From assembly GCA_963695335.1 (NCBI GenBank), contig OY968764.1:1024001-1088000 (forward strand): 64,000 nucleotides of DNA. The letters run 5' to 3'. The DNA comes from an uncultured bacterium. Lineage in GTDB: Bacteria > Babelota > Babeliae > Babelales > Vermiphilaceae. This document shows, piece by piece, positions 1 through 9,414 of this stretch. The translations under genes and the position numbers were made by a program. The first letter of the stretch is position 1. Every line of letters starts with the position of its first letter. The notes under the pieces were generated by a model. It ran no database searches. It worked only from the letters and a program-made list of their open reading frames with translations, and had not been told where the DNA came from.

Positions 1-325
1 CATTGTATTTTGGTAATAGACCAGTAACAAGACAAGATTTAAATTTATTACAAAGATAATAAGAATCAAAATAATTTTTCCCATTATGGGTATCGAGCCA
101 AGCGCCTAAACCAAATAAGAATCTTACACCTAAACAACTCGAGATCATTGAAATATACGGAAGTCTGATCTTGAGTTTCTTGCAAAAGAAGGTCTACGAG
201 GAAATACAAACTCTCCAGATGAATATGCAGAGATGGCAAAAGCGATGGATGACTCAGACATTACGCGTTTATATGAAAAGGCAATGCAAGCACAATAAAA
301 CATAAAATGATAAAAAAACAAAGAC

Positions 326-356
326 AAAAAAAGCCTTATTAAATAAGGCTTTTTTT
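326..356. terminator. Intrinsic (bidirectional) terminator hairpin
   Basis: AAAAAAAGCCTTATT-A-AATAAGGCTTTTTTT perfect inverted repeat with A/T tracts on both sides. Confidence 0.75.
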
Positions 357-627
357 GTTGCCTCTATGTCAACAAACTTAAATTTTTTAACATGGATACC
401 AAAAAACCCATTGTTTTATATATTTTGTACAAAAAAACATGTGAAAATTGATCAATTTTAACGAATGATTTCGAAGCCTCTCAATACAATATTAAATTTG
501 ATGTTATTTTCCAACCTAGGCCATCTTTGATCGCAAATCAACCAAATCCATAAAAAATATTTCTATCATATTTTTTTATTGGCAAAAAATGCACAAATCA
601 TGGAAAAATCATATTATGCCATATTTT

Positions 628-1455
628 TTAATTTTGCTTCACACATTTTTCTATATATCGAGCATAGTTCGCCAAACTGAGACTATTACTTTCACCACAA
701 AATGCATCCTCAAAAAGTTCATACAATTTCTCTTGCGAATAACTACTCAATATTTCAAATCTTTTAAGCACGTCAGCATATTGATCGGTAATTTTTAATA
801 TTTCAAAAATAGTATCGATATCTTTTTGGATACGTACAGATTGTTTTGAGTATTTTATTTTTTCAGTAATCGTAGTTGCTTGATATTCTCGTAACACATA
901 CAATTGTTTTAAAAAATCTCTTCTTTCCCATAATTCAAGCACAGTTCTCGATGTATCCAATTCAACTTTTTTAAGCAACCTTTGTACATGTTCAATGTTT
1001 AATACTGCATCATGTATACCGATTGCATACAAAATATGAAAAAAAGAAAGTAGTTCATCAATGGAGACTAATAATGCACTATTTTTTAATATCGCTGCAA
1101 ACTCATTTTCAGATAATCGCTGCCATGGCTCTATTGATGCATTAAGATCTGTTAAAAATAGTATAAAAGTTGGATTTTTTGTTAAACGAATATTAATAAG
1201 TTGCACAATATTATCAACAATTTCATCATTCATATGTAATTCTACATCTGATGCACGTAGTTGAAAAAGACGATCAATTGCTATACAAACATCTTCTAAA
1301 TGCAATCTATCATTCAATGCGCAACTATACATTGATTTTTCTAAGTGATCACAAATTGACAGCAATAACTTATTTGCTATATCTATGCGCACCCCTTGTA
1401 CTGGCACAACATAAGCAAGTATAATGATACATAATAAGTTAGTTATTTTTTTCAT
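628..1455 (-). CDS. Hypothetical secreted helical protein
   Basis: ORF 628..1521; likely start at MKKITNLLCIIILAYVVPVQG (signal-peptide-like); no recognisable domain. Confidence 0.7.
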   Translation of the reverse strand: MKKITNLLCIIILAYVVPVQGVRIDIANKLLLSICDHLEKSMYSCALNDRLHLEDVCIAIDRLFQLRASDVELHMNDEIVDNIVQLINIRLTKNPTFILFLTDLNASIEPWQRLSENEFAAILKNSALLVSIDELLSFFHILYAIGIHDAVLNIEHVQRLLKKVELDTSRTVLELWERRDFLKQLYVLREYQATTITEKIKYSKQSVRIQKDIDTIFEILKITDQYADVLKRFEILSSYSQEKLYELFEDAFCGESNSLSLANYARYIEKCVKQN

Positions 1456-1489
1456 AACAAACTTTAAATTTTTGCTGACATATCCTTTT

Positions 1490-4489
1490 TTATTCCCGTG
1501 CCAATCGCTCTTGCGCATCATTCACGATTTCTTGTTGAAGCTGTTCTTTTATAATCTGTGTTGATGTTTTTGCACCCGCATCTACAAGAATTTTTCGTTG
1601 TTGTTCAAGCGATCCACCCCACCGGTTTTTTCCTGCTCTATCAAAAGCATCTAAAGGAGTTTCTTGTTTACCATTAAGAATGTTAACATCAGCACCATAT
1701 TGTATTAATAATTTAAGTATATTTTCCCTTAAAAAATTGATGCTAAATTCAAAAATTGGATACGTAAGCTTAGAATTATACAGATAAGCAACATTAGGGT
1801 TAGCTCCATGCTTTAATAAAAATTCTACCATTTTGACATTATTCTCACTTAAAGCAAGACCCAATGGGGTTATATCCTCATACCGCAAATATTTAAAAGG
1901 CGTATCTACAGAAACTCCACTCGAGATCAGCAATTCAATAAGTGCTGCATTATTCAAGCGTATTGCGCAATAAAGCGGCGTAGTAGAAGTTGTATCAATT
2001 GGTTTAATGGTAGCATTTCCAGTAATATCAGCCCCATCAGCAATACATTTTTTTGCTATAAAAATAAGATCAATATTTTTGCGAATCTGTTGATAATATT
2101 CTAACAGCTTTCTCTTCGCCTCATGCTCTTGACTATAACGATCCCGTGCGGCTCTTGAGTCAGCAAAATAGCCCGATGGAGCTCTTGGCCAATCTATACG
2201 GGGTGTAGGCTCAGTTAAAATCATATATAAAAGATCAGCAAAAAACTTTTTTTTGTATGAGACATCGGTAATGCACTCATACAATGTTAATACAAAATTA
2301 GTATTGAACAGAGGAATATTTATAGTCATTTTCAATATATCTTGAATAAATTGTTGTTTTAATAGATCATCAGAAAATTGTGTATATAACTCCTTAATAA
2401 AATCAGTTAATTGTTCATACAATTTTATTCTGAAGCTATCATTTCTAAGGTTTCTAAATACAGTTTTTGCCAATACCACATTAATCAATGTTTGTTTTGA
2501 TACATTATCAGGCAACTCTCGATATAAGTCTTTGATAAAATCAACAGTTTTTTCATCAGACAATTCCGTTAATGCTATATCTAAAGCAGTGCTCCAATAA
2601 CGCACCACCAAATTTTTCAATCTTGTATCTGTACGCCATAAACCTAATATTATTCCACCATTTATCATAGCTGTTGCAACCGGGCCACCTTGCCAATTAA
2701 GTGGCATTTGTTGATATAAACTCAATGCATAATCCAATGCTTCTTGATTGATATTGTTCATACTCATAATTTTCTTAATGACATCAAATCTTTGAGAATC
2801 AGTTTCTGTCGGGAATGCATAAAACAACGATATTGACGGTTGATATTGTGGATAAGTAGAAAAGAGCGCAGATAAATTTGGCTGAATTCTAAATAATGCT
2901 TGCGCCTCTGCATTTATTCTATAATTGTGTGCCAATTCTTCAGGTGTAAATAATGACTTTTGTTGAGCCCCTTGCTTATCTCTCTGTGGAACCTCAAGCC
3001 AACCGTGACCAGGATGAAAACAAAAATCTGCCTGTAATCGTTGACCTGTTTTCCTATTATTTATATTCATAGTAATTTTTGAAAAGGAATTATTACCCGT
3101 TACTATTACTATTGGTCCTGTAAATGTTATTGTTCTTCGTTCATCAGAAAGCATTGTGCCTAATTCACCCAGATTGTGGGCCTTAATTCCAAAAAAATGA
3201 TTTGCTAATGTTACAAAATTTTTTACACTCATGGCAGCATTCAATTCATAATCACCTCTGACATACCCTACTCCTTCAACACCTGAAACCAGATTCATAA
3301 AAGCTTGCCCACATTCTCGTGTATTAATTTTACTTGCGCTACTATACGTAGTATAAAATTGTTTAAAATCATTATTCAGCGAAAAATTTGATGGTAAGAA
3401 TGTCAGATCAAATGATTGTGACGATGGATTGTACAACATAATATTAAGCAAATCTTGGAGTGCCGTTTCAACACAATTTGGAGCAGGACTTTTATCTTTA
3501 TATCCATATGATGATTGAATAACTTTAGGAGCATATAATGATGTACTTCTTTTCTCATTCAACATGGCACTGACAACTAACTCAAAGTGTGTTGTTGCAG
3601 CTTTCTGCAACACTTCTTTTCGAGGAGTAACTTCCCATGCATGGCGCACAACATCATAATCTTTTTGCGTATACGTAGCACTTTCGCGAATAATATATTT
3701 CTTAACAAAAGATTTTAACCTATCAAAAAAAGTCGGCTCTGTTTTTTCTAAACCTTTTTTTTGCTCAGTATAATGCTGCACTGCCTGAGCCACTGGCTCA
3801 TGAGTTTCTACAAACACTTGCATGAATTCACTAAGCCCCGCAAGATAATGTATCATATCGTGATCATTATCAGGAATTGCCTTTGCATACAAAAAACCGA
3901 GTAAAATTCTACGACAACTATCTTTATCATTTTTATATTCATTTTCGATAAGCGTTAACAATTTTTCTATTTTTCCTCTTGGAAAAGGCCTTTTTTCATC
4001 CGTAATTCTTCTGTATTCATCAAGCCACTGATTAATGATATAATCACGCACTTTTTGTTCTTGTAATCTACCCGACTCTAAAGCGCCTATCACAAGACCT
4101 ATTATTTCTGGCGACAATGAATATGCAGCTTTTGATTTGCTTGCCGTTGGCCTGAATTGCGGTCCCTGCTTATAAAAAAGTTCTTGTACAAGTTGTGGCC
4201 CAAAAGCCTCTGATTCCGTTTCATATCTTTTTTGAATTGCACCTGTCTCTAATTCTATCGCCCCAATTACCGGAGAAACCTCCTGTGCTTTTGACGTAAG
4301 CCCTTCATATAATCCTTTAATCTTTTCAGGAGCATAAATTGTACGTTTTTGCTGAATCCCAGTTTTCACTGGTGTTGTTGTAGTAGTAAATACCGGTCTC
4401 TTAGAAGTTTGTTTTAATCGCATTCCCTGTAATGATACAGGTATAATAAACAGACTGAAAAGAATCAACAAAACATTAGTTTTCTTCAC
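1490..4489 (-). CDS. Large secreted protein with C-terminal ankyrin repeats (candidate effector)
   Basis: GTG start with AGGGGG SD; signal peptide MKKTNVLLILFSLFIIPVSLQG; ankyrin motifs TPLYCAI..LLISSG, TPLGLAL..FLLKHGANPN, LLIQYGADVN..ETPLD. Confidence 0.85.
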   Translation of the reverse strand: MKKTNVLLILFSLFIIPVSLQGMRLKQTSKRPVFTTTTTPVKTGIQQKRTIYAPEKIKGLYEGLTSKAQEVSPVIGAIELETGAIQKRYETESEAFGPQLVQELFYKQGPQFRPTASKSKAAYSLSPEIIGLVIGALESGRLQEQKVRDYIINQWLDEYRRITDEKRPFPRGKIEKLLTLIENEYKNDKDSCRRILLGFLYAKAIPDNDHDMIHYLAGLSEFMQVFVETHEPVAQAVQHYTEQKKGLEKTEPTFFDRLKSFVKKYIIRESATYTQKDYDVVRHAWEVTPRKEVLQKAATTHFELVVSAMLNEKRSTSLYAPKVIQSSYGYKDKSPAPNCVETALQDLLNIMLYNPSSQSFDLTFLPSNFSLNNDFKQFYTTYSSASKINTRECGQAFMNLVSGVEGVGYVRGDYELNAAMSVKNFVTLANHFFGIKAHNLGELGTMLSDERRTITFTGPIVIVTGNNSFSKITMNINNRKTGQRLQADFCFHPGHGWLEVPQRDKQGAQQKSLFTPEELAHNYRINAEAQALFRIQPNLSALFSTYPQYQPSISLFYAFPTETDSQRFDVIKKIMSMNNINQEALDYALSLYQQMPLNWQGGPVATAMINGGIILGLWRTDTRLKNLVVRYWSTALDIALTELSDEKTVDFIKDLYRELPDNVSKQTLINVVLAKTVFRNLRNDSFRIKLYEQLTDFIKELYTQFSDDLLKQQFIQDILKMTINIPLFNTNFVLTLYECITDVSYKKKFFADLLYMILTEPTPRIDWPRAPSGYFADSRAARDRYSQEHEAKRKLLEYYQQIRKNIDLIFIAKKCIADGADITGNATIKPIDTTSTTPLYCAIRLNNAALIELLISSGVSVDTPFKYLRYEDITPLGLALSENNVKMVEFLLKHGANPNVAYLYNSKLTYPIFEFSINFLRENILKLLIQYGADVNILNGKQETPLDAFDRAGKNRWGGSLEQQRKILVDAGAKTSTQIIKEQLQQEIVNDAQERLARE

Positions 4490-4570
4490 GCCAACCCCCT
4501 ATTTATTTCACAACCAAACGCATCATCATTTTCAATTATAAAATAAACAAGTCGAAAAAAACAACAAAAA
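4490..4570 (-). promoter_or_regulatory. Putative sigma70 promoter/leader, paralogous to 6440-6530
   Basis: Minus strand TTGTTTATTTTATAATTGAAAATGAT with TATAAT -10 and a G-rich SD; similar block upstream of 5656..6438. Confidence 0.5.
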
Positions 4571-4624
4571 AAAGCCCCCCTTTATGCTTTGCACATAAGA
4601 AGGGCCTATGTATGTAACAATAAT

Positions 4625-5659
4625 TTATTCTCTATGGCTCTCATATTCATAAGCATATGAACGGTTCAAATCAACAATCATATCTGCCCGTTTTTTTGCT
4701 TCCATTGGAGTCATCGTCTTTTTTGCTACCAAATTTTTTGTCACATCAGGATGATTCTCTAATAAAAATTTATTACGAGCTATTTTTACTTGAGCATCTG
4801 ATGCACTTTCTGGCAAACCAAGTATTTTTTTTGTTTGAGATCCTTTTATTGAAGATGTAGAAGACGATTGCTGCTGTCCAGACTTTTGATACTGTTGTTG
4901 TTTCCATTGTTGATACTGCTGCTGTCTAGACTGTTGATATTGCTGTTGATACTGTTGTTGCTTCCATTGCTCTTGTTGTTGCTGTTGCTGTTGCTCTTGT
5001 TGATACCACTGTTTTTTTTCCCGATCCTTTTTGAAGCGTTCTATACGTTCGTTAAGAGAAAAAAGAAAAGGATATTCCTGCATTATTGTATTGTAATCTA
5101 TATTTCCACGCATACTATCTATCTTATGAATATAATTAATAAGCGCATCAAGAAATCTACTTCTTTCAGTGTCTTTGTTTTCTTCAAGCCATATAAAACA
5201 TCTATTCAAAAGCGCCATAGCGTATATATAAATATCAGTTTTATATCCTAAAAGGGATTGTAAATTAAAAGATCTCATTTCACTGATCAATTTCTCCAAA
5301 GCTTTATCTTTTTCTTGTTTTTCATAATATTTACTACATATTATTTTTTCCCAGCCATCTAAAAGATTTCTAAAAGGCAAAAGTGTCGAATCTTTTCGAT
5401 TATAATCATAATAAGCTTGAGTAAATGGAATAAGTGCAGTCAAAGATCGCGCACTAGGTGAAACATACTTCCTCCAACTAACATCCCCAGACTTTTCAAA
5501 TGCTACTCTTATTCTCACACCAGTCAGGCTCCGCTGAAATGAGGGCATCGTCCAAGCTCTTTTAGGTACATTTCTGGCTTTAGTCAACATACCATGCAAC
5601 GGAAATAAACTACTCAATACCATCAAAAAAGTTAATAAGCGTCTATTTAAAGTTGTCAT
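4625..5659 (-). CDS. Secreted protein with Gln/Tyr/Trp-rich linker and C-terminal J-domain (HPD)
   Basis: Signal peptide; QQWYQQEQQQ... tract; KKILGLPESASDAQVKIARNKFLLENHPD is a DnaJ J-domain signature. Confidence 0.8.
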   Translation of the reverse strand: MTTLNRRLLTFLMVLSSLFPLHGMLTKARNVPKRAWTMPSFQRSLTGVRIRVAFEKSGDVSWRKYVSPSARSLTALIPFTQAYYDYNRKDSTLLPFRNLLDGWEKIICSKYYEKQEKDKALEKLISEMRSFNLQSLLGYKTDIYIYAMALLNRCFIWLEENKDTERSRFLDALINYIHKIDSMRGNIDYNTIMQEYPFLFSLNERIERFKKDREKKQWYQQEQQQQQQQEQWKQQQYQQQYQQSRQQQYQQWKQQQYQKSGQQQSSSTSSIKGSQTKKILGLPESASDAQVKIARNKFLLENHPDVTKNLVAKKTMTPMEAKKRADMIVDLNRSYAYEYESHRE

Positions 5660-6438
5660 AACTGTCCTCCTCCTCTTTTTTGCACATATTGCTCATATAC
5701 TTTACTAACTTTTTCCACCTCAGATAATTTAGCTTTCAATTTCTGTGTAGATATATTTTTCATTGTTGCGTGAGCAATGAGTTGATTCAAATAATCCTGA
5801 TGGTTTTGCATATACCTTTTATAATGCTCATCCACCACATAAGCAGGCGCATCAACAGGTAAGCTAAAAGCAGTTTGCAAGATTATCGGCAATCCACTCA
5901 CTTGATGACTTGTAACATATTGCTGATGTTCTTTTTTCAACCACGTAATAGTTTTATCAATTACTACGTCTTTACTATCTAAAAAAAAATTATGCATAAA
6001 GTTTTCTTTATCCTCAAGCTCCATTACTTGTAACTCTTCAAAAGGCATTTTCACAAGATGCTGTGTTTCTTGCCTATATTTTTTAATCTCAGAAAACATA
6101 TATATTAATTGATTATATGCTTTAGTAATAACATTTAATAACCCGTTACGATCTGCTAATTTTTCTTTCATCAATTCATAATGATATCTAATATCCAATG
6201 GAGTACTATTATAACCAAGGCCTAATACCTTTAAACATTTTTCAAACAACACTGGCTCAGTAACTATTTTGTACTCAACACCAGTATCCTGGGTCAAATC
6301 TCTTGCTTCATTCTGAATATCAAAAATGAATGATTTGAGAAACGGATATTCTCCCACGAATGGCTCCATAGCATAAACTGTTGCCAAGCTAGCCATTGCA
6401 ACCAAGCTTACTGAGAAAAAAAATCTTAACTTTTTCAT
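5656..6438 (-). CDS. Secreted protein with degenerate J-like domain(s)
   Basis: Signal peptide ...ATVYA-MEP; LKVLGLGYNSTPLDIRYHY resembles J helix I/II without HPD; second segment FSLPVDAPAYVVDEHYKRYMQNHQD; 4-nt overlap with the J gene. Confidence 0.65.
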   Translation of the reverse strand: MKKLRFFFSVSLVAMASLATVYAMEPFVGEYPFLKSFIFDIQNEARDLTQDTGVEYKIVTEPVLFEKCLKVLGLGYNSTPLDIRYHYELMKEKLADRNGLLNVITKAYNQLIYMFSEIKKYRQETQHLVKMPFEELQVMELEDKENFMHNFFLDSKDVVIDKTITWLKKEHQQYVTSHQVSGLPIILQTAFSLPVDAPAYVVDEHYKRYMQNHQDYLNQLIAHATMKNISTQKLKAKLSEVEKVSKVYEQYVQKRGGGQL

Positions 6439-6617
6439 AAAAAACCCCCTTTTTTAAGCTTTTCCATCACAACTAACACAATCTATCATTTTCTATTATA
6501 AAATAATCAAAGCAAGAAAAACAACAAAACCATTACTATAGACCTTTTTTATTGACCAAACTTATTTATATCTGTAAAATACAAATATGATGCCATATCA
6601 AATCTTAATGGAAAACA

Positions 6618-6962
6618 ATGCAAAAATTACAACTCAATCGCATAACTTTTTTATTCATATTTTTACTAGCACATCACGCTGCAATACATACTATGCAAAA
6701 TAATAAACGGCAGAACAGAACAAAAAATCTCCCTCAGCCGAAAAAAAACCATACCGGAGGAAAAATTACAAACGAACTCAGAAGTCAAAACCTCACAGAT
6801 CGTTTAATGCATCGTTTTCTTACAGAATTACCAAAAGCACCAATAGACAAGATTAAACCTGCACCAGAGACATCTGCACCTGCATCTGATACAAACGCCC
6901 TATTATATAACTACAATTATCCTATGCATCATGATTTCGATTTAGAATGGATTGAAAAATAA
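6618..6962 (+). CDS. Small secreted hypothetical protein
   Basis: 114 aa, hydrophobic leader then MQNNKRQ; followed by terminator. Confidence 0.65.
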   Translation: MQKLQLNRITFLFIFLLAHHAAIHTMQNNKRQNRTKNLPQPKKNHTGGKITNELRSQNLTDRLMHRFLTELPKAPIDKIKPAPETSAPASDTNALLYNYNYPMHHDFDLEWIEK

Positions 6963-6988
6963 AAAAAGGCTCTCAAGGAGAGCCTTTA
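6963..6988. terminator. Intrinsic terminator
   Basis: AAAAGGCTCTC-AAG-GAGAGCCTTT hairpin between convergent genes. Confidence 0.7.
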
Positions 6989-7014
6989 GATCGATGTATC
7001 CAAACTTGCACACT

Positions 7015-7194
7015 TTAACTTATCGGCGGCTTTTTTCCGCCAAAAACGCGTGCAATCAATGATAAAACAAACAAAATAAGAAAAATAAAAAATAGAACTC
7101 GCGCTATTTCAACAGAGATGATCTCTACCCCGGAAAAACCAAGTCCTCCAGCTACAATAGCTAAAAGAAGAAATACAATCACCATATCCAACAT
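7015..7194 (-). CDS. DUF1328/UPF0391 small membrane protein
   Basis: MLDMVIVFLLLAIVAGGLGFSGVEIISVEIARVLFFIFLILFVLSLI matches the family pattern; AGGAG SD upstream. Confidence 0.8.
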   Translation of the reverse strand: MLDMVIVFLLLAIVAGGLGFSGVEIISVEIARVLFFIFLILFVLSLIARVFGGKKPPIS

Positions 7195-7286
7195 AATAAC
7201 TCCTTTATGTGATAACAACGATTTATCTTTCTTGCAAAATAGCAAAAATAAAAATGATTTATATAGAATTACATTCACAATTTTTA

Positions 7287-8213
7287 TTACACATCTAACA
7301 AATTACTCATCTTACGCTCAGGAGATGCTTCCAGACGCTTCAACCGTTCAATATCACCCAAATATAGTTGCGTTGTTGTTGGTGCAGTATGACGCATTGC
7401 AAGTTGTACTTCATACAACGATGCTCCTGCCTGCATAGAAAGTACACCAAAGGTATGCCGTAAACTATGCGCGGTAATACGCTTACTATCAAGTCCTGCA
7501 GCACGTAACCGACGTTTAATAATTCGAGACAAAGAAAAAATTGTTAATTTTTTTCCATAATTCCGATCACTTAATGAAATAAAAATGGGATCTTTTTCAC
7601 TTCTAATAACACGCGCTTGCAAATAATCATGCAGTGAAACCAATGCCTGAGGCGTTAATAATACAAATTCATCTTTACTTGCACGTCCTTTACCATGAAT
7701 CCACAAAAGCATTTCTCCCCGTTGCTCATACATATCTTCTAATATTGCTGATGCAATCTCTTTAAGCCGCAAACCTGTGCGTACTAAAATATTAATTAAT
7801 GCAAAATCACGTTTGCCTTGCAATGATGAACAATCTATTGAAGCAAATAATTTCTTAAGTGCATCAATCGATAGTGATTCTTTCTGGTGACTTTTTGCAA
7901 ACTTTTTTATTCCTTTAACACCACGAGAAACATTTGGATACAGTTGAGAATCTTCTGTCCACAAAAAAAAGCGCCGTACAACAACTATGTACATCGCTTT
8001 TGTATACGAACTTAACCCTTTTGTATCAAGCCAAAATTTATATGATAAAATTGTTTCCCGTTTTGGTTCTGTTACTTTTTTTTCTGTACACCAACGTACA
8101 AATTGCGTCATTGCATTAAGATATGTAGTACGCGAATTGAGTGAAATATCTTGTGCAGCTATAAAAGGATGAATAAACTCATCCATATTAAATTGATGAT
8201 TTTTAATATCCAT
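7287..8213 (-). CDS. Tyrosine recombinase/integrase (XerC/D-like)
   Basis: Catalytic motifs RTGLR, HGKG, HSLRH, MRH, TQLY; N-terminal core-binding domain (SRTTYL). Confidence 0.9.
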   Translation of the reverse strand: MDIKNHQFNMDEFIHPFIAAQDISLNSRTTYLNAMTQFVRWCTEKKVTEPKRETILSYKFWLDTKGLSSYTKAMYIVVVRRFFLWTEDSQLYPNVSRGVKGIKKFAKSHQKESLSIDALKKLFASIDCSSLQGKRDFALINILVRTGLRLKEIASAILEDMYEQRGEMLLWIHGKGRASKDEFVLLTPQALVSLHDYLQARVIRSEKDPIFISLSDRNYGKKLTIFSLSRIIKRRLRAAGLDSKRITAHSLRHTFGVLSMQAGASLYEVQLAMRHTAPTTTQLYLGDIERLKRLEASPERKMSNLLDV

Positions 8214-8321
8214 AAAAATACAATGTTCCTACTAACCTTTTTTTAATTTATACTATCGCTAGTATGATGTAGAATACTCAAAAACAATCCAATTGTACAA
8301 GATACATACTCAAAGTTTTTT

Positions 8322-8726
8322 ATGAAAAAAATAAACTATTTCATCATTTTTTTATGCTCTTTTGTATCACAAACAGTATCTATATATGCTATGGAAAGAC
8401 AGAATTGTAAATCCCCACATCAAATTCTTACAGAAAATCTATTAGACATGCACATCAAACTGCAAATACCTATCTCTCTTATACATCAGTCAACTATAAT
8501 CAGTTACCCATGTTATATATATGGCGAACGTATAGAACCAAACATACAACTCAATCCGCAAAATAGTCTGTATGAATGCCCCTTATGCAATCGCAGTTTT
8601 ACTCAAAAAAAATTAATCTTGCATATAAAAGCTACCAACATCAAACCCCTATACAATGTCCCATTGAATGGATGTGATTATGCAGAGATAGATGATGCAT
8701 ATTTTTTAGAATGGATCAATCAATGA
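8322..8726 (+). CDS. Secreted protein with one degenerate C2H2-like finger
   Basis: Signal ...SIYA-MER; YECPLCNRSFTQKKLILH. Confidence 0.65.
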   Translation: MKKINYFIIFLCSFVSQTVSIYAMERQNCKSPHQILTENLLDMHIKLQIPISLIHQSTIISYPCYIYGERIEPNIQLNPQNSLYECPLCNRSFTQKKLILHIKATNIKPLYNVPLNGCDYAEIDDAYFLEWINQ

Positions 8727-9406
8727 AAAACAATAGATTAATCAGACCATTTTTTTTATTATTACTTTTTGTATCACTCCAGCACAATCGTATAAACACA
8801 ATGCAAATAGATACGATAAATAATGTACAAAAAAAATATATATGTCTTTATTGCCCCAAAGGATTTAATCAAAAAGGTCATGTCCTAGAACATGAACGCA
8901 CACATACTGGTGAAAAGCCATTTCCATGCACAAAATGCCCCAAACGATTTACTCAAAAAAATCAACTCACAAAACACGAACAAATGCATCATGAAATGCC
9001 ATATGCATGCACAAAATGTACGAGACGTTTTGCTCAACAAAACGATCTGATTGAACACGAATCTATACACTTTAAAGAAAAACCATTTAGTTGCACTACT
9101 TGTAAAAAAAGTTTTACGAACAAGAGCAATCTCACAGTGCACGAATGGACACATACTGGCGAAAGATCATTTCCATGTATATGGTGTGACAAAAGTTTTA
9201 CTCAGAAAGGCCATCTCACAAAACATATACAAAAATTACACCCTAACAAAAAACCATACACCTGCATTATATGTCATGAAAGCTTTTCTCTCAAAGCTCT
9301 ACTTACTGCCCACAAAAAAAGCCACGTTAAATCTAACTCTGTATATAAACCAATAGAACTTTTATTTGAAAGCCATGATCATGGATATATGTTACATAAC
9401 AGTTAA
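8723..9406 (+). CDS. Secreted tandem C2H2 zinc-finger protein (6 fingers)
   Basis: Six CxxC-x12-HxxxH units with HTGEKPF/HTGERSF linkers; hydrophobic leader MKNNRLIRPFFLLLLFVSL. Confidence 0.9.
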   Translation: MKNNRLIRPFFLLLLFVSLQHNRINTMQIDTINNVQKKYICLYCPKGFNQKGHVLEHERTHTGEKPFPCTKCPKRFTQKNQLTKHEQMHHEMPYACTKCTRRFAQQNDLIEHESIHFKEKPFSCTTCKKSFTNKSNLTVHEWTHTGERSFPCIWCDKSFTQKGHLTKHIQKLHPNKKPYTCIICHESFSLKALLTAHKKSHVKSNSVYKPIELLFESHDHGYMLHNS

Positions 9407-9414
9407 GAGATTTC

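Noticed and set aside
4868..5251. 127-aa poly-Leu ORF
   Set aside because: Antisense shadow of the poly-Gln tract of the J-protein.
7287..9406. Prophage around the integrase
   Set aside because: No structural, replication or lysis genes nearby.
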